Shown here piece by piece: positions 40,062 to 47,661 of a stretch of 64,000 bases of DNA. Under the pieces are notes generated by a model. That model was not told the DNA's origin and ran no database searches. It saw only the letters and a program-made list of their open reading frames with translations. Each line of letters starts with the position of its first letter. The first letter of the stretch is position 1. The DNA comes from a bacterium. Its GTDB lineage: Bacteria > Patescibacteriota > Microgenomatia > Curtissbacterales > GWA2-41-24. The position numbers and the translations under genes were made by a program. The DNA is taken from positions 45,193 to 109,192 of the forward strand of contig JAKAJD010000003.1 in NCBI GenBank assembly GCA_021813945.1, read 5' to 3'.

Positions 40062-40418
40062 TTAAAGCTCCTTTATACCTTCAAAAGTTGCAATTTTTAA
40101 TGTAACTTTTATATCCGGACTTGCTTCTATTAAGGCTTCTTTCAGTTTTTGGGCGTTTTTCTTGTGAGTTTCGAAAGCGTTATTTTGGCCATATGCGCCG
40201 CAATCTTCGTGTTCGTATATTATGACTTCATCCGGCTGATGAAGTTTTAGGGATACATCAATAGCGGAATTTTTTACGTTTTCAAAATCTATCGATGCGC
40301 CTGGCCAGGCTATTCGGTCGAATTCACCATAGCTTGCATTTTGCTTAACGTCAGCGTCGATCATTTCCTGAAAACGCAGGTCTATGCAGTGAATTACTAA
40401 GATTTTGGCTTTATGCAT
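40062..40418 (-). CDS. Miniature beta-carbonic-anhydrase-like zinc-site protein at the head of the atp operon
   Basis: 118 aa. 'HCIDLRF' (CxDxR at C11/D13/R15) and 'HEDCGAYG' (HxxCG at H70/C73). The 59/62-residue spacing matches the beta-CA zinc ligands. The stop abuts the atpB start. Confidence 0.45.
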   Translation of the reverse strand: MHKAKILVIHCIDLRFQEMIDADVKQNASYGEFDRIAWPGASIDFENVKNSAIDVSLKLHQPDEVIIYEHEDCGAYGQNNAFETHKKNAQKLKEALIEASPDIKVTLKIATFEGIKEL

Positions 40419-40512
40419 TTTTTATTCCAAAAAAGGGCTCATGGGGCAAGCCAATAAGTCCTTCGGGCCAATGATATCAAAGACAGCCTAGATTAGGCAA
40501 GTATCAACGATT

Positions 40513-42030
40513 TTAATGAAGACTTGAATGGTCGAGAATGTCTATGACTGCACCATCTTTTGATAGTAAGGTATGTACCAAAACCAGGCGATTGTTAATT
40601 ATTAGATCTCGCAATTCGCTGTCAGCAAATACACTACTTGATAGAGCAATATTGTGGCCGATGTCTTGATGAAGGACACTCCTATTTTCGGGATTGTGGG
40701 CCGTACTTGAAAGAAATAAGATTCTGGGTTTGTCGGTATCAACGCCATTTTTGTCCATGACTGACCATTTAGTTTTAATTTGCTCAATACCTGTAGCCGG
40801 TGAAGCAGCGCTTGAGCAAAACCCTTGTTTTATGTCTTTGCCTCCGAAAACTGCGCTTTGGTGAGAAAGGGACATGTATAATTCTTCGTGTTCTGAATAC
40901 GGATGATTTGGTCCTCCTTCAGGAATTTTGGCAGTACCTGTTGCATATTGGACTGCCGCTGATTGGGCAAGTGCAAACATAAGTCCACGTTTTTGATCTT
41001 CGGTTAAATCTGAATAGTGTGCATCTATAAATTCCTCACAGTCTTCATAAAAAGTATTGGAATCGCCGCCGATCTTTGCTTCTGGATCCAAAAGCACTTC
41101 TTCTATGCTCACAACTGCTTCATAAAAATCCAGTAGATATTCAAAGTTCGTGAAGTTTTCAGCGTAAAGACCAAAATCAAGGCCAGTTTCTTTGGCGATG
41201 TCTTCACTGTGGTCAATAACTTGATCGGAAGTTTTAAATTCTCCATCTTCTTCTCTTAAAACTAAGCCCATTGTGGCTGTATCAAAAAGAACTGGAATAA
41301 CGATTCTTGATAGTGGTTCATAACCATTCTTTTGGCGAATGTCATTGAAAAAAGATGTGATTGCAGGTTTTGTGACAAAGTGATGAATGGTGAGATTGGC
41401 ATCTTCAAGACGGGTTGGATCTATTGATTCAATTTGGGCATATTCATTATATCCAAGCATGCCTCTTACCACCTCACTATTTTTGGCTTTAATATTTGCC
41501 ACCATAATAGAATTGGCGGCACACCCATGTTTGGGATTGGTTGAATCGTAATGGGCAACTGCAAGTTCCAAAAGTTCGATTCCATTTTCGGCATCATCTT
41601 TAAGACTCACACACAAAAAAGGTGAAGTAGGCCTTATACTGTGGTCGATCTTCTCTGTGGTGTCGATGACACCTGCCGGAATTTCCAGAGTACTGATTGC
41701 ATCCCCAGGAGGAACGTCTGGAAGTCTTCCGTCCAAGCATTTTGTTTTGCCAACCTTGGCTTTACCTCTTAGTCTAATCTCGCGTTCTTGTGCACTTAAA
41801 AATCTTGGATCCTTTCGCAGCTCGGTAATGCGATTATTCCGGTAAATAACTTCCCAAATTCTTTCTTCTTCTCGATCTATTTGTTCAGGCGTGTGGTAGT
41901 GTGCTGTTGAACCTTCGGTTAGCGGTTGTTGGTAAAAATGGATAATTGCTGTATGCAATTGTGAGCGCAAATAATTATCGCTTTGGGAAAGCTCTGGATT
42001 GTAACCGCCAAGTGCGCGTTCTGTTGTCAT
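40513..42030 (-). CDS. Hypothetical protein (505 aa)
   Basis: Long ORF with coding-like composition; no motif recognised by inspection. Confidence 0.5.
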   Translation of the reverse strand: MTTERALGGYNPELSQSDNYLRSQLHTAIIHFYQQPLTEGSTAHYHTPEQIDREEERIWEVIYRNNRITELRKDPRFLSAQEREIRLRGKAKVGKTKCLDGRLPDVPPGDAISTLEIPAGVIDTTEKIDHSIRPTSPFLCVSLKDDAENGIELLELAVAHYDSTNPKHGCAANSIMVANIKAKNSEVVRGMLGYNEYAQIESIDPTRLEDANLTIHHFVTKPAITSFFNDIRQKNGYEPLSRIVIPVLFDTATMGLVLREEDGEFKTSDQVIDHSEDIAKETGLDFGLYAENFTNFEYLLDFYEAVVSIEEVLLDPEAKIGGDSNTFYEDCEEFIDAHYSDLTEDQKRGLMFALAQSAAVQYATGTAKIPEGGPNHPYSEHEELYMSLSHQSAVFGGKDIKQGFCSSAASPATGIEQIKTKWSVMDKNGVDTDKPRILFLSSTAHNPENRSVLHQDIGHNIALSSSVFADSELRDLIINNRLVLVHTLLSKDGAVIDILDHSSLH

Positions 42031-42115
42031 TCCTTAAAAAAAGACTTCCCCTTGTATGGGGAGTCGTTGAGGGGATATACTACCAAAAACCAGGCTCAAA
42101 TGCAAATTTTATAGG

Positions 42116-42274
42116 ATGAATTTGGCGATTAAACTTTTCTTTATTATTCTGGCGATAGGTGGAATTGTCTTAACGTTTTTTGTGTCCTGGTTTTGGCGTG
42201 CGCTTATCGTTCCCATGGTTTTGATTATCTTAATTGACGTTCTTTCAAGTTTTTTCAGGAAGAAAAAAAGTTAG
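42116..42274 (+). CDS. Possible small membrane protein (52 aa, 2 TM, Lys-rich C-terminus), below the ORF-track size cutoff
   Basis: ATG at 42116 and TAG at 42272. Translation MNLAIKLFFIILAIGGIVLTFFVSWFWRALIVPMVLIILIDVLSSFFRKKKS. Weak RBS (AGG). Confidence 0.3.
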   Translation: MNLAIKLFFIILAIGGIVLTFFVSWFWRALIVPMVLIILIDVLSSFFRKKKS

Positions 42275-43329
42275 GCAGCACGTGCCAATTCCGGCTCGGT
42301 TGAAGCTGCGGTTGAAGTAGCGACTGCGCCGGCAAGGTTGTCGATTAAGTCTTGCGGGACAGGCCTTAAAATTTGGCCGTTTGAATTCGGAGTTGGTGAG
42401 GTTGATACTTTGGCGGCTGGTGTTGGAGGAATGGTGACGGTGGTTGATTCGACGTTGGGAAAAGGTTGTCCATTTCTTGTAATAGGAATGACGTTGGCGG
42501 GTACTGGTGCTGCTTCAGCTAATTTGGGAGTTGCAGGTGTAACTTGCGGTATAACCACTCCTGCCGCAGCATCGGATGTTTGTGGAGCTATGGCTGGTTC
42601 AGGCTCAGTAGGTTTTTGTTGGGGATCGGTAGAATCGATTCCAGCTGCAGCTTTCCAGTCAGCATCATCGGTCGCTTCTGCTGTGATTACCGAAGCGGGT
42701 TGTGGTTGTTCTGCTTCCACTATTGTTGATTCTGGTTGCGCTTCAGATTGTGCTTCTGGTGTTGCATCTAAAACAGCTTCTGCTTGAGGTTCAGCGGGTG
42801 TTTCAGCTTCCGGGATAACTTGCTTGAGGGCCAAATAGAGGTCGTATTTTTCATCTTCAGTTACTGCAGCTTGTGCCAACTTCTCCAGATAAGGACGGTT
42901 TTCTTCTGTTGTAAGCTGTTCGTTTGTAATGTAGTTGTAGCAAGCAACGGCAGGCTCAAAGTCTTTATCATCTAGTGCTTTCTGGGCGAAACTTAAAAGG
43001 TAAAGTTTGATGTGCTCCTCTGGTGGTGGCGGATTTATTTCCTTGACGCGTTTTTCAACGTTAGGGACAAGTTCTTTCACTTGAGTTATCGGGCTAATAT
43101 CAAAACGACCAACACCAAGGGCGACTGAATCTACTTCGTTGCCTTGGGATAAGTCGTCGTATGCTTTTTCGCCGTTTTGGCGGCTAATTCTGAAGACTTC
43201 CGCCTCTAAAGCTCGCCTTTTTTCAATTTCGATAGCTGTTGGCAGGTCTAAGCCTGCCATTCGAGCAATATCCGCACGGATTTCGGGAGACTTTGCGACT
43301 ATCTGGGCTTCCGGAGCTGCGTCGGGCAT
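42271..43329 (-). CDS. Hypothetical protein with Pro/Thr/Ala/Glu-rich low-complexity C-terminal half
   Basis: 352 aa. Structured N-terminal 170 aa, then a disordered PT/A/E-rich region. No signal peptide. Confidence 0.5.
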   Translation of the reverse strand: MPDAAPEAQIVAKSPEIRADIARMAGLDLPTAIEIEKRRALEAEVFRISRQNGEKAYDDLSQGNEVDSVALGVGRFDISPITQVKELVPNVEKRVKEINPPPPEEHIKLYLLSFAQKALDDKDFEPAVACYNYITNEQLTTEENRPYLEKLAQAAVTEDEKYDLYLALKQVIPEAETPAEPQAEAVLDATPEAQSEAQPESTIVEAEQPQPASVITAEATDDADWKAAAGIDSTDPQQKPTEPEPAIAPQTSDAAAGVVIPQVTPATPKLAEAAPVPANVIPITRNGQPFPNVESTTVTIPPTPAAKVSTSPTPNSNGQILRPVPQDLIDNLAGAVATSTAASTEPELARAA

Positions 43330-43384
43330 GCATACATTTAAAACACTTATTAAGTTGTTGTCAATTGGAAGTTGTAGGCTAAAT

Positions 43385-44260
43385 TTAGAGCTGCTCTAGC
43401 TTTAGCTTTTCCTCGCCTTTTGGAGGATTGATGAGGGCCAGGTATCTTTCAGTAGTGGAAAGTCTTTTGTGGCCCGCTATTTTGGAGATTAGAACCAGCG
43501 ATGCTCCCGCGGAAAGGTGGTGGGCAACCCAAGTGTGCCTAAGATCGTTGACCTTGGCGCCCGCAATACCGGCTTTTCGGTAATACCTGTCGATGGCGGT
43601 TCTGATGTTTCTTACCAATAGGGGTTTGCCGGTTTTGGTGACAAAAAGGGCTTTGTTGGGAGTTTTTGCTCTAACTTCCAAGTATCTTTTGAGAGCGGTT
43701 TCGGCGGCTTTGTTTAAAGGAACTGTCCTTTCCGGTCGGTTTTCCTGAGGCCTTACGTAAAGGTGGCCTTCTTTTCCTTCTTGAGATGGGTAGACATCGT
43801 CGGTTTTAAGATTGGCTAATTCACCAATTCTGATTCCGGTCTGCAAAAGTACTTCGATTATGGCGGCGATTCTGGCATCGTCTCTGGCAGCATCCCTTAG
43901 GGCGCGGTATTCGATGGGGGAAAGGATTCTAGGCGGTTTCGTTTCGAACTTTGGGTGTTCAACCAAACTTGCCGGATCGTCGGTTATCATTTCCTGAACT
44001 TTAAGGTAACGGAAAAAGGTTTTAGTTGAATTTAGCTTCCTGGAAATCGACTTTTGTGTGTAGCCTTTTTCTTGAAGTTTAGCCAAAAAGGTTCGAATGT
44101 CGTCTGCCGATACTTCGTGGACGTGGGCTTTTTGCAAATCGGAAAGAAAATTGACAAGCTGTTCGATGTCTTTGCCATACGCAAGCACGGTGGCCGATGC
44201 CCGTTTTTTGCCTTTAAGGTGTTCGACGAACTCCCTATGTGCCTCTTGTAGTTTTTTCAT
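43385..44260 (-). CDS. Tyrosine site-specific recombinase (XerC/XerD-like)
   Basis: 291 aa. N-terminal SAM-like 'TFFRYL' core-binding domain; catalytic 'R...HxLRH...Y' ('LRHTWVAHHLSAGASLVLISKIAGHKRLSTTERY'). Confidence 0.85.
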   Translation of the reverse strand: MKKLQEAHREFVEHLKGKKRASATVLAYGKDIEQLVNFLSDLQKAHVHEVSADDIRTFLAKLQEKGYTQKSISRKLNSTKTFFRYLKVQEMITDDPASLVEHPKFETKPPRILSPIEYRALRDAARDDARIAAIIEVLLQTGIRIGELANLKTDDVYPSQEGKEGHLYVRPQENRPERTVPLNKAAETALKRYLEVRAKTPNKALFVTKTGKPLLVRNIRTAIDRYYRKAGIAGAKVNDLRHTWVAHHLSAGASLVLISKIAGHKRLSTTERYLALINPPKGEEKLKLEQL

Positions 44261-44439
44261 TCAATTTACTTGCCAAAGTGCAGTTGGCTGGTGCAGGCAT
44301 TCGGGTAGGCTGAAAGTTGATGTTAAGTATAGCTTAACCTATGGGCTTTGTCAAGAATAAAGGCTATCGGCTTAGTTTTCCTCATAAAATTGCTGTTAAT
44401 GTTTTTTGATGCTTACCTTATAATATAATAAGGTTTTAA

Positions 44440-44790
44440 ATGAAGCGTAATTTGGTCCTGATTTTTGCTGTTTTGATAATTGTGCCTGTAATTTTAAATG
44501 GTGTTAGGCGAATCTCTTCTTTTCGTGGAACATCTCAAAAGGTGGATGAAGCACAGGTTGAGCTTGATCAATTAAAGAAAGAAAATGAAGATTTAAAGCG
44601 AGAACTTCAGTATAAAAGTAGTGATAGTTTCGCTGAGGAGGAGATTAGAAATAAACTAGGAATGGTGAAACAAGGGGAGACTGAAGTGATTATTCCGAAG
44701 CAAGAGGAGAAGGTTAACTCTGGGCAAGTTCAACAGAATCAGGCTCCAAATTGGCGAAAATGGCGCGATCTGTTTTTGGGAAGAAGCTAG
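44440..44790 (+). CDS. Septum formation initiator family protein (FtsB/DivIC-like)
   Basis: 116 aa. N-terminal TM, coiled coil 'VELDQLKKENEDLKRELQ', then 'EEEIRNKLGMVKQGETEVII', the conserved DivIC/FtsB C-terminal motif. Confidence 0.6.
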   Translation: MKRNLVLIFAVLIIVPVILNGVRRISSFRGTSQKVDEAQVELDQLKKENEDLKRELQYKSSDSFAEEEIRNKLGMVKQGETEVIIPKQEEKVNSGQVQQNQAPNWRKWRDLFLGRS

Positions 44791-44846
44791 GTTATTGATT
44801 TGACATTGGGCCAAATTGAGGCTAAAATACACAAGAGAAAAAGCGA

Positions 44847-44917
44847 CGCGGGGTAGAGAAACGGTATCTCGGGAGGCTCATAATCTCCAGAAGTGGGTTC
44901 GACTCCCACCTCCGCTA
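44847..44917 (+). tRNA. tRNA-Met(CAU), initiator-like
   Basis: 5' CGCGGGG is identical to E. coli tRNA-fMet. Acceptor pairs with CTCCGCT leaving a C1-U72 mismatch, an initiator hallmark. Anticodon loop CTCATAA, T-arm GTGGG-TTCGACT-CCCAC. The short 4-nt variable loop lowers confidence. Confidence 0.6.
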
Positions 44918-44971
44918 CATAAAGGCCCGACTCGCGCCAGGTCTTTTTTTTTGTTAAAATTCGATTGATTT

Positions 44972-45045
44972 GGCGGCGTAGCTCAGTCGGTTAGAGCGTG
45001 GCACTCATAACGCCAAGGTCGTTGGTTCGATCCCAACCGCCGCTA
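44972..45045 (+). tRNA. tRNA-Met(CAU), elongator-like
   Basis: GGCGGCGTAGCTCAG...CTCATAA...GGTTCGATCC...CGCCGCTA closely resembles Bacillus elongator tRNA-Met. Anticodon CAT; a lysidine-type tRNA-Ile2 cannot be excluded from sequence alone. Confidence 0.8.
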
Positions 45046-45078
45046 CTTATCACTCAAACTCCTCATTTGCTAATAAAG

Positions 45079-45108
45079 TTGACACTCAAATAAAAGGGTT
45101 GATATAAT
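45079..45108 (+). promoter_or_regulatory. Near-consensus sigma70 promoter (TTGACA-18-TATAAT)
   Basis: TTGACA at 45079-45084 and TATAAT at 45103-45108. The best promoter match seen in the window. Confidence 0.55.
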
Positions 45109-45114
45109 TAGCTT

Positions 45115-45317
45115 GTAAGCAATGCTCTTTTGAGGTGGATAGTTGTTTTTTAGTAGCAATCCAGGCAGAGGGTTGCTAATTTTTAAAATGAATAAAGACT
45201 TAAAAACTTTAAAAAATTTTTGGTTTTTCTACTTTACTCGCTAAGGCGGGTTTTGTAGTGGTTTTTAAGTAAATCACAAACCAAAATACAAAACTCGCAA
45301 GAAAGGCGAGTTTTTTT
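45115..45317 (+). ncRNA. Candidate ~200-nt structured leader or small RNA between the strong promoter and an intrinsic terminator
   Basis: Transcript predicted from the 45079 promoter. Internal hairpins (for example TAGCAA-TCCAGGCAGAGGG-TTGCTA), ending at the terminator ACTCGC-aagaaag-GCGAGT+T7 (45293-45317), which sits 14 nt before the next ATG. Confidence 0.3.
45293..45317 (+). terminator. Intrinsic terminator/attenuator hairpin
   Basis: 6-bp perfect stem ACTCGC/GCGAGT, a 7-nt loop, then TTTTTTT. Confidence 0.5.
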
Positions 45318-45330
45318 GTGGCGAAAAAAC

Positions 45331-45561
45331 ATGAATAACTTAGAAAGATTAGATATTTGTCCGAGAATGAAAACTGGAAGCTGTGCACCTTGTGTGGAGA
45401 TGGCTAATTTGATAAGTCAAGTCTCTTACAGTGCAAGACCAGTTGGACCGGCTCGTGCCGAACTTAAAAACAACGTTTGTCCTGAAGGAGAAGATCCAGT
45501 TGTTCCTGATTTAGGAATAAAAAAGCAGAGTTCTGCCCGATTTAGATTAAGAGGGAGGTGA
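45331..45561 (+). CDS. Hypothetical small Cys-containing protein (77 aa from the ATG)
   Basis: ORF with 'CPRMKTGSCAPC...VCPEG'. No convincing RBS; coding status uncertain. Confidence 0.3.
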   Translation: MNNLERLDICPRMKTGSCAPCVEMANLISQVSYSARPVGPARAELKNNVCPEGEDPVVPDLGIKKQSSARFRLRGR

Positions 45562-45565
45562 ATTT

Positions 45566-45871
45566 ATGGGAAGAGAAACATTAAGACCCTTAGGTTTAAG
45601 TGAGGCTCAATCAACACCTGGCGCCAGGATGACGCCTTGCAACAGTTGCGATTTAGAGCCGGCATCTTGTGGCAAACAGCGTCTTGTTGTGAACGATTCG
45701 GTTCCGGATACATTAATCTTATGTGGTGCTGGAAGAGGACCGGTGAGGCGAATGGAAAAAGCTATAAAACTTGATCGACCTTCGATTAGAGTTGATAATT
45801 ATTTAAATGGCAAAGCTGGAGCAAATAGAGAAGCATCTACGCCAACAGAATCTGCTGTACAAGGTAGTTGA
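45566..45871 (+). CDS. Hypothetical small Cys-containing protein (101 aa)
   Basis: Strong RBS GGGAGGTG. 'CNSCDLEPASCGK...LCGAGRG'. Its 3' end overlaps the ybaK start by 65 nt, so the true end is uncertain. Confidence 0.3.
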   Translation: MGRETLRPLGLSEAQSTPGARMTPCNSCDLEPASCGKQRLVVNDSVPDTLILCGAGRGPVRRMEKAIKLDRPSIRVDNYLNGKAGANREASTPTESAVQGS

Positions 45872-46259
45872 TCTTGAATCTGAAGCTTTTACGGTTGGGG
45901 ATGTAGTCAAGTCGGGAATTGATGAAGATGAGGTGGTAAAGACCTTAATTGTGAGGGCAAATCAAGGTTTTGTAGCTTTGGCTTTGAGAGGCAAAGACAG
46001 GCTGGATTTTAAAAAAGTCAGAAAGCTTTTAGGATCTAAAGCCGAACTTGCTAAACCGGATGAAGTTTTAAAAGTGGTGGGTGTTCCCATTGGCGCCGTT
46101 TGTCCGGTTCTAGTTGGAATTCCTCTATATTTTGATAAGAAAGTGATGGATCTTGAAAACGTCCATATGGGACCTGGGGATTTGATGCACGGTTTGGAAA
46201 TGAAGCTTTCCGATTTGATAAAGGCAGTTGGGGATTATTTGATAGAAGATCTGACATGA
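45807..46259 (+). CDS. ybaK: YbaK/ProX-family aminoacyl-tRNA deacylase
   Basis: 150 aa. 'KTLIVRANQGFVALALRGKDRLDFKKV' and 'VVGVPIGAVCPV' fit the Cys-tRNA(Pro)/Ala-tRNA(Pro) deacylase family. Confidence 0.7.
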   Translation: MAKLEQIEKHLRQQNLLYKVVDLESEAFTVGDVVKSGIDEDEVVKTLIVRANQGFVALALRGKDRLDFKKVRKLLGSKAELAKPDEVLKVVGVPIGAVCPVLVGIPLYFDKKVMDLENVHMGPGDLMHGLEMKLSDLIKAVGDYLIEDLT

Positions 46260-46416
46260 TTTGAAAAACATGAAGCTAAAAGAAGAAAACACAAATACAA
46301 GAAGTAATTCTTGGTATAGCAAGACTAACTAACTTTCGGTTGGTAGTTTTGTGCGCCAAAAAAATCTTAACTCACCAACCGGTGAGTTTTTTTGTGGTTT
46401 CGACAGCTCACCATAA
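46260..46416 (+). promoter_or_regulatory. Repeated leader element copy A (terminator/antiterminator attenuator-like) preceding the racemase gene
   Basis: Starts TTGAAAAACA right after the ybaK stop. Contains GGTTGGTAG at 46337, the terminator ACTCACC-AACC-GGTGAGT+T7 at 46369-46393, and a downstream CTCACC at 46407. About 85% identical over 75 nt to 47710-47790. Confidence 0.5.
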
Positions 46417-47127
46417 ATGAAAAAAAATATGGAGATAAAGAAAGAAAAACCAGTTGTATGTATTTTAGGCGGCATGGGTCCGCAGGCTTCATCACGGCTT
46501 CTTTCGATGATTATCGATAAATTATCTGTAAGTGGTAATCTCAATTCTGGTGATTTTCCAGAAATCGTAGTTGATTCTGTTCCTGTTCCGGATTTTATTT
46601 CAGATTTAAAAAACAGAGATATAGCTCTTCAGATGCTCAAAAAAAGAGTCAGGTTATTGAATTCTTTTCAACCAGACTGTTTTGCTATTGCTTGCAATAC
46701 CGCACATATTTTGCTAGATGAGCTTCAAGCTTGCACGAAAAGTCGTTTTGTTTCGATCGTTGATGAAGTTGTTAAGCAAGTTGCGAGAAAAGACATTAAA
46801 AGCGTTGGCCTTTTGGCATCGCCTACAACGATAAATACAGGTCTATTCCAAAAAGCTTTAGGGCAAGTAAAAGTTAAGGTGATCAGACCTGATGATTTTG
46901 AACTTCGTGCAATTGATTTTGTGATACGCAGGGTAATTGGTGGAAGAGTAAGCCAAAAGGATGCGAGATTTTTGGTTTCTGTGGCGAGAGGGCTTAAAAA
47001 AAGTGGTGCACAGGGCATAATTTTAGGTTGTACGGAGTTGCCGTTAATTTTTCCGGACAAATTGGATTTGCCGGTTTTTAATACCTTGGAGATACTAGCA
47101 GATGCTTTAGTTTTGCTCCTTATTTGA
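46417..47127 (+). CDS. Aspartate/glutamate racemase family protein
   Basis: 236 aa. 'VVCILGGMGPQAS' and 'IACNTAH' / 'GCTELP' catalytic Cys boxes. Confidence 0.8.
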   Translation: MKKNMEIKKEKPVVCILGGMGPQASSRLLSMIIDKLSVSGNLNSGDFPEIVVDSVPVPDFISDLKNRDIALQMLKKRVRLLNSFQPDCFAIACNTAHILLDELQACTKSRFVSIVDEVVKQVARKDIKSVGLLASPTTINTGLFQKALGQVKVKVIRPDDFELRAIDFVIRRVIGGRVSQKDARFLVSVARGLKKSGAQGIILGCTELPLIFPDKLDLPVFNTLEILADALVLLLI

Positions 47128-47237
47128 CATATGCTTATGAATTTGATTGAATTACAACTAATGAGCCGTCCAAATTACATTTGGATCAAGATTATTAACC
47201 CTTCGGGGCGATAATCTTTTGCGGCTCAAAAGAAAAA

Positions 47238-47270
47238 CCCCGATTCGAATCCGAAGAGGGGTATTTTTTT
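47238..47270 (+). terminator. Intrinsic terminator after the racemase gene
   Basis: CCCC-GA-TTCG-AATC-CGAA-GA-GGGG followed by TATTTTTTT. Confidence 0.5.
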
Positions 47271-47280
47271 GGCTAGAATT

Positions 47281-47661
47281 ATGACAAACGAGACTGAGTA
47301 TAAATTAGGTGTAAATGGCAAAACCAGCCAGACTTGGAGAGAGCGATTTGTTGGCTATTTGGACAACCCCGGCAGTGATGTATTTCGAATGGTTGAGCGC
47401 GGTCGTGCATTAGGCTTGGTTGATGGTGACTTGCAAGGGCAAAGGCAGCTTGCCGGTGATTTCGGTTCGCTTTTCGACGCTGTTTACATACCTGAAACTG
47501 GTGGTGAGGTCTACGTTGATGATTTATCACCAGAGGAGATAGAGACAAGGACTGGTATATCACCCGATCGACAAGCGGGTTTAATTGAGATTATGGTTGA
47601 AAGCGGTATGGTAAAAAGTAGAGTAGCTGTTGAAGCAAGAAGAAAGGCCAACAGAAGATAG
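47281..47661 (+). CDS. Hypothetical protein (126 aa from the ATG)
   Basis: Noticeably more G/C-ending codons than the neighbouring genes. No motif recognised. The ORF track starts it at a TTG at 47269. Confidence 0.4.
   Translation: MTNETEYKLGVNGKTSQTWRERFVGYLDNPGSDVFRMVERGRALGLVDGDLQGQRQLAGDFGSLFDAVYIPETGGEVYVDDLSPEEIETRTGISPDRQAGLIEIMVESGMVKSRVAVEARRKANRR

Noticed and set aside
40513-42030. 505-aa unknown as archaeal-type PEP carboxylase partnered with the adjacent carbonic-anhydrase-like gene
   Set aside because: The size and the CA adjacency were suggestive. However, none of the conserved atPEPC N-terminal motifs that I recall (PRxMxTQHPD) are present. No support.
44847-44917. Reading this segment as the 3' tRNA-like domain of a tmRNA
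   Set aside because: No matching 5' GGGG...acceptor strand or tag-peptide reading frame lies upstream; the upstream region is a good FtsB-like CDS. The segment folds as a complete, if slightly unusual, initiator-type tRNA instead.
44918-44971. Terminator between the two tRNA-Met genes (T9 run at 44943-44952)
   Set aside because: The T-tract is present, but the upstream GC-rich segment GGCCCGACTCGCGCCAGGTC does not form a convincing stem. It is left unannotated.
43385-45045. Integrated prophage at the tRNA-Met locus
   Set aside because: No phage structural, terminase or repressor genes lie nearby. A lone Xer-type recombinase in a small genome is most simply the chromosomal dimer-resolution enzyme. 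Only a weaker island-boundary hypothesis is retained in the findings.
45331-45871. Possible RNA gene (RNase P RNA, tmRNA or SRP RNA) instead of small ORFs
   Set aside because: None of the universally conserved blocks (RNase P GGAAAGUCCGG/ACAGAANCCGGCUUA, tmRNA GGUUCGA-ACCA tail, SRP GGAA/AGCAGCC loop) are present.
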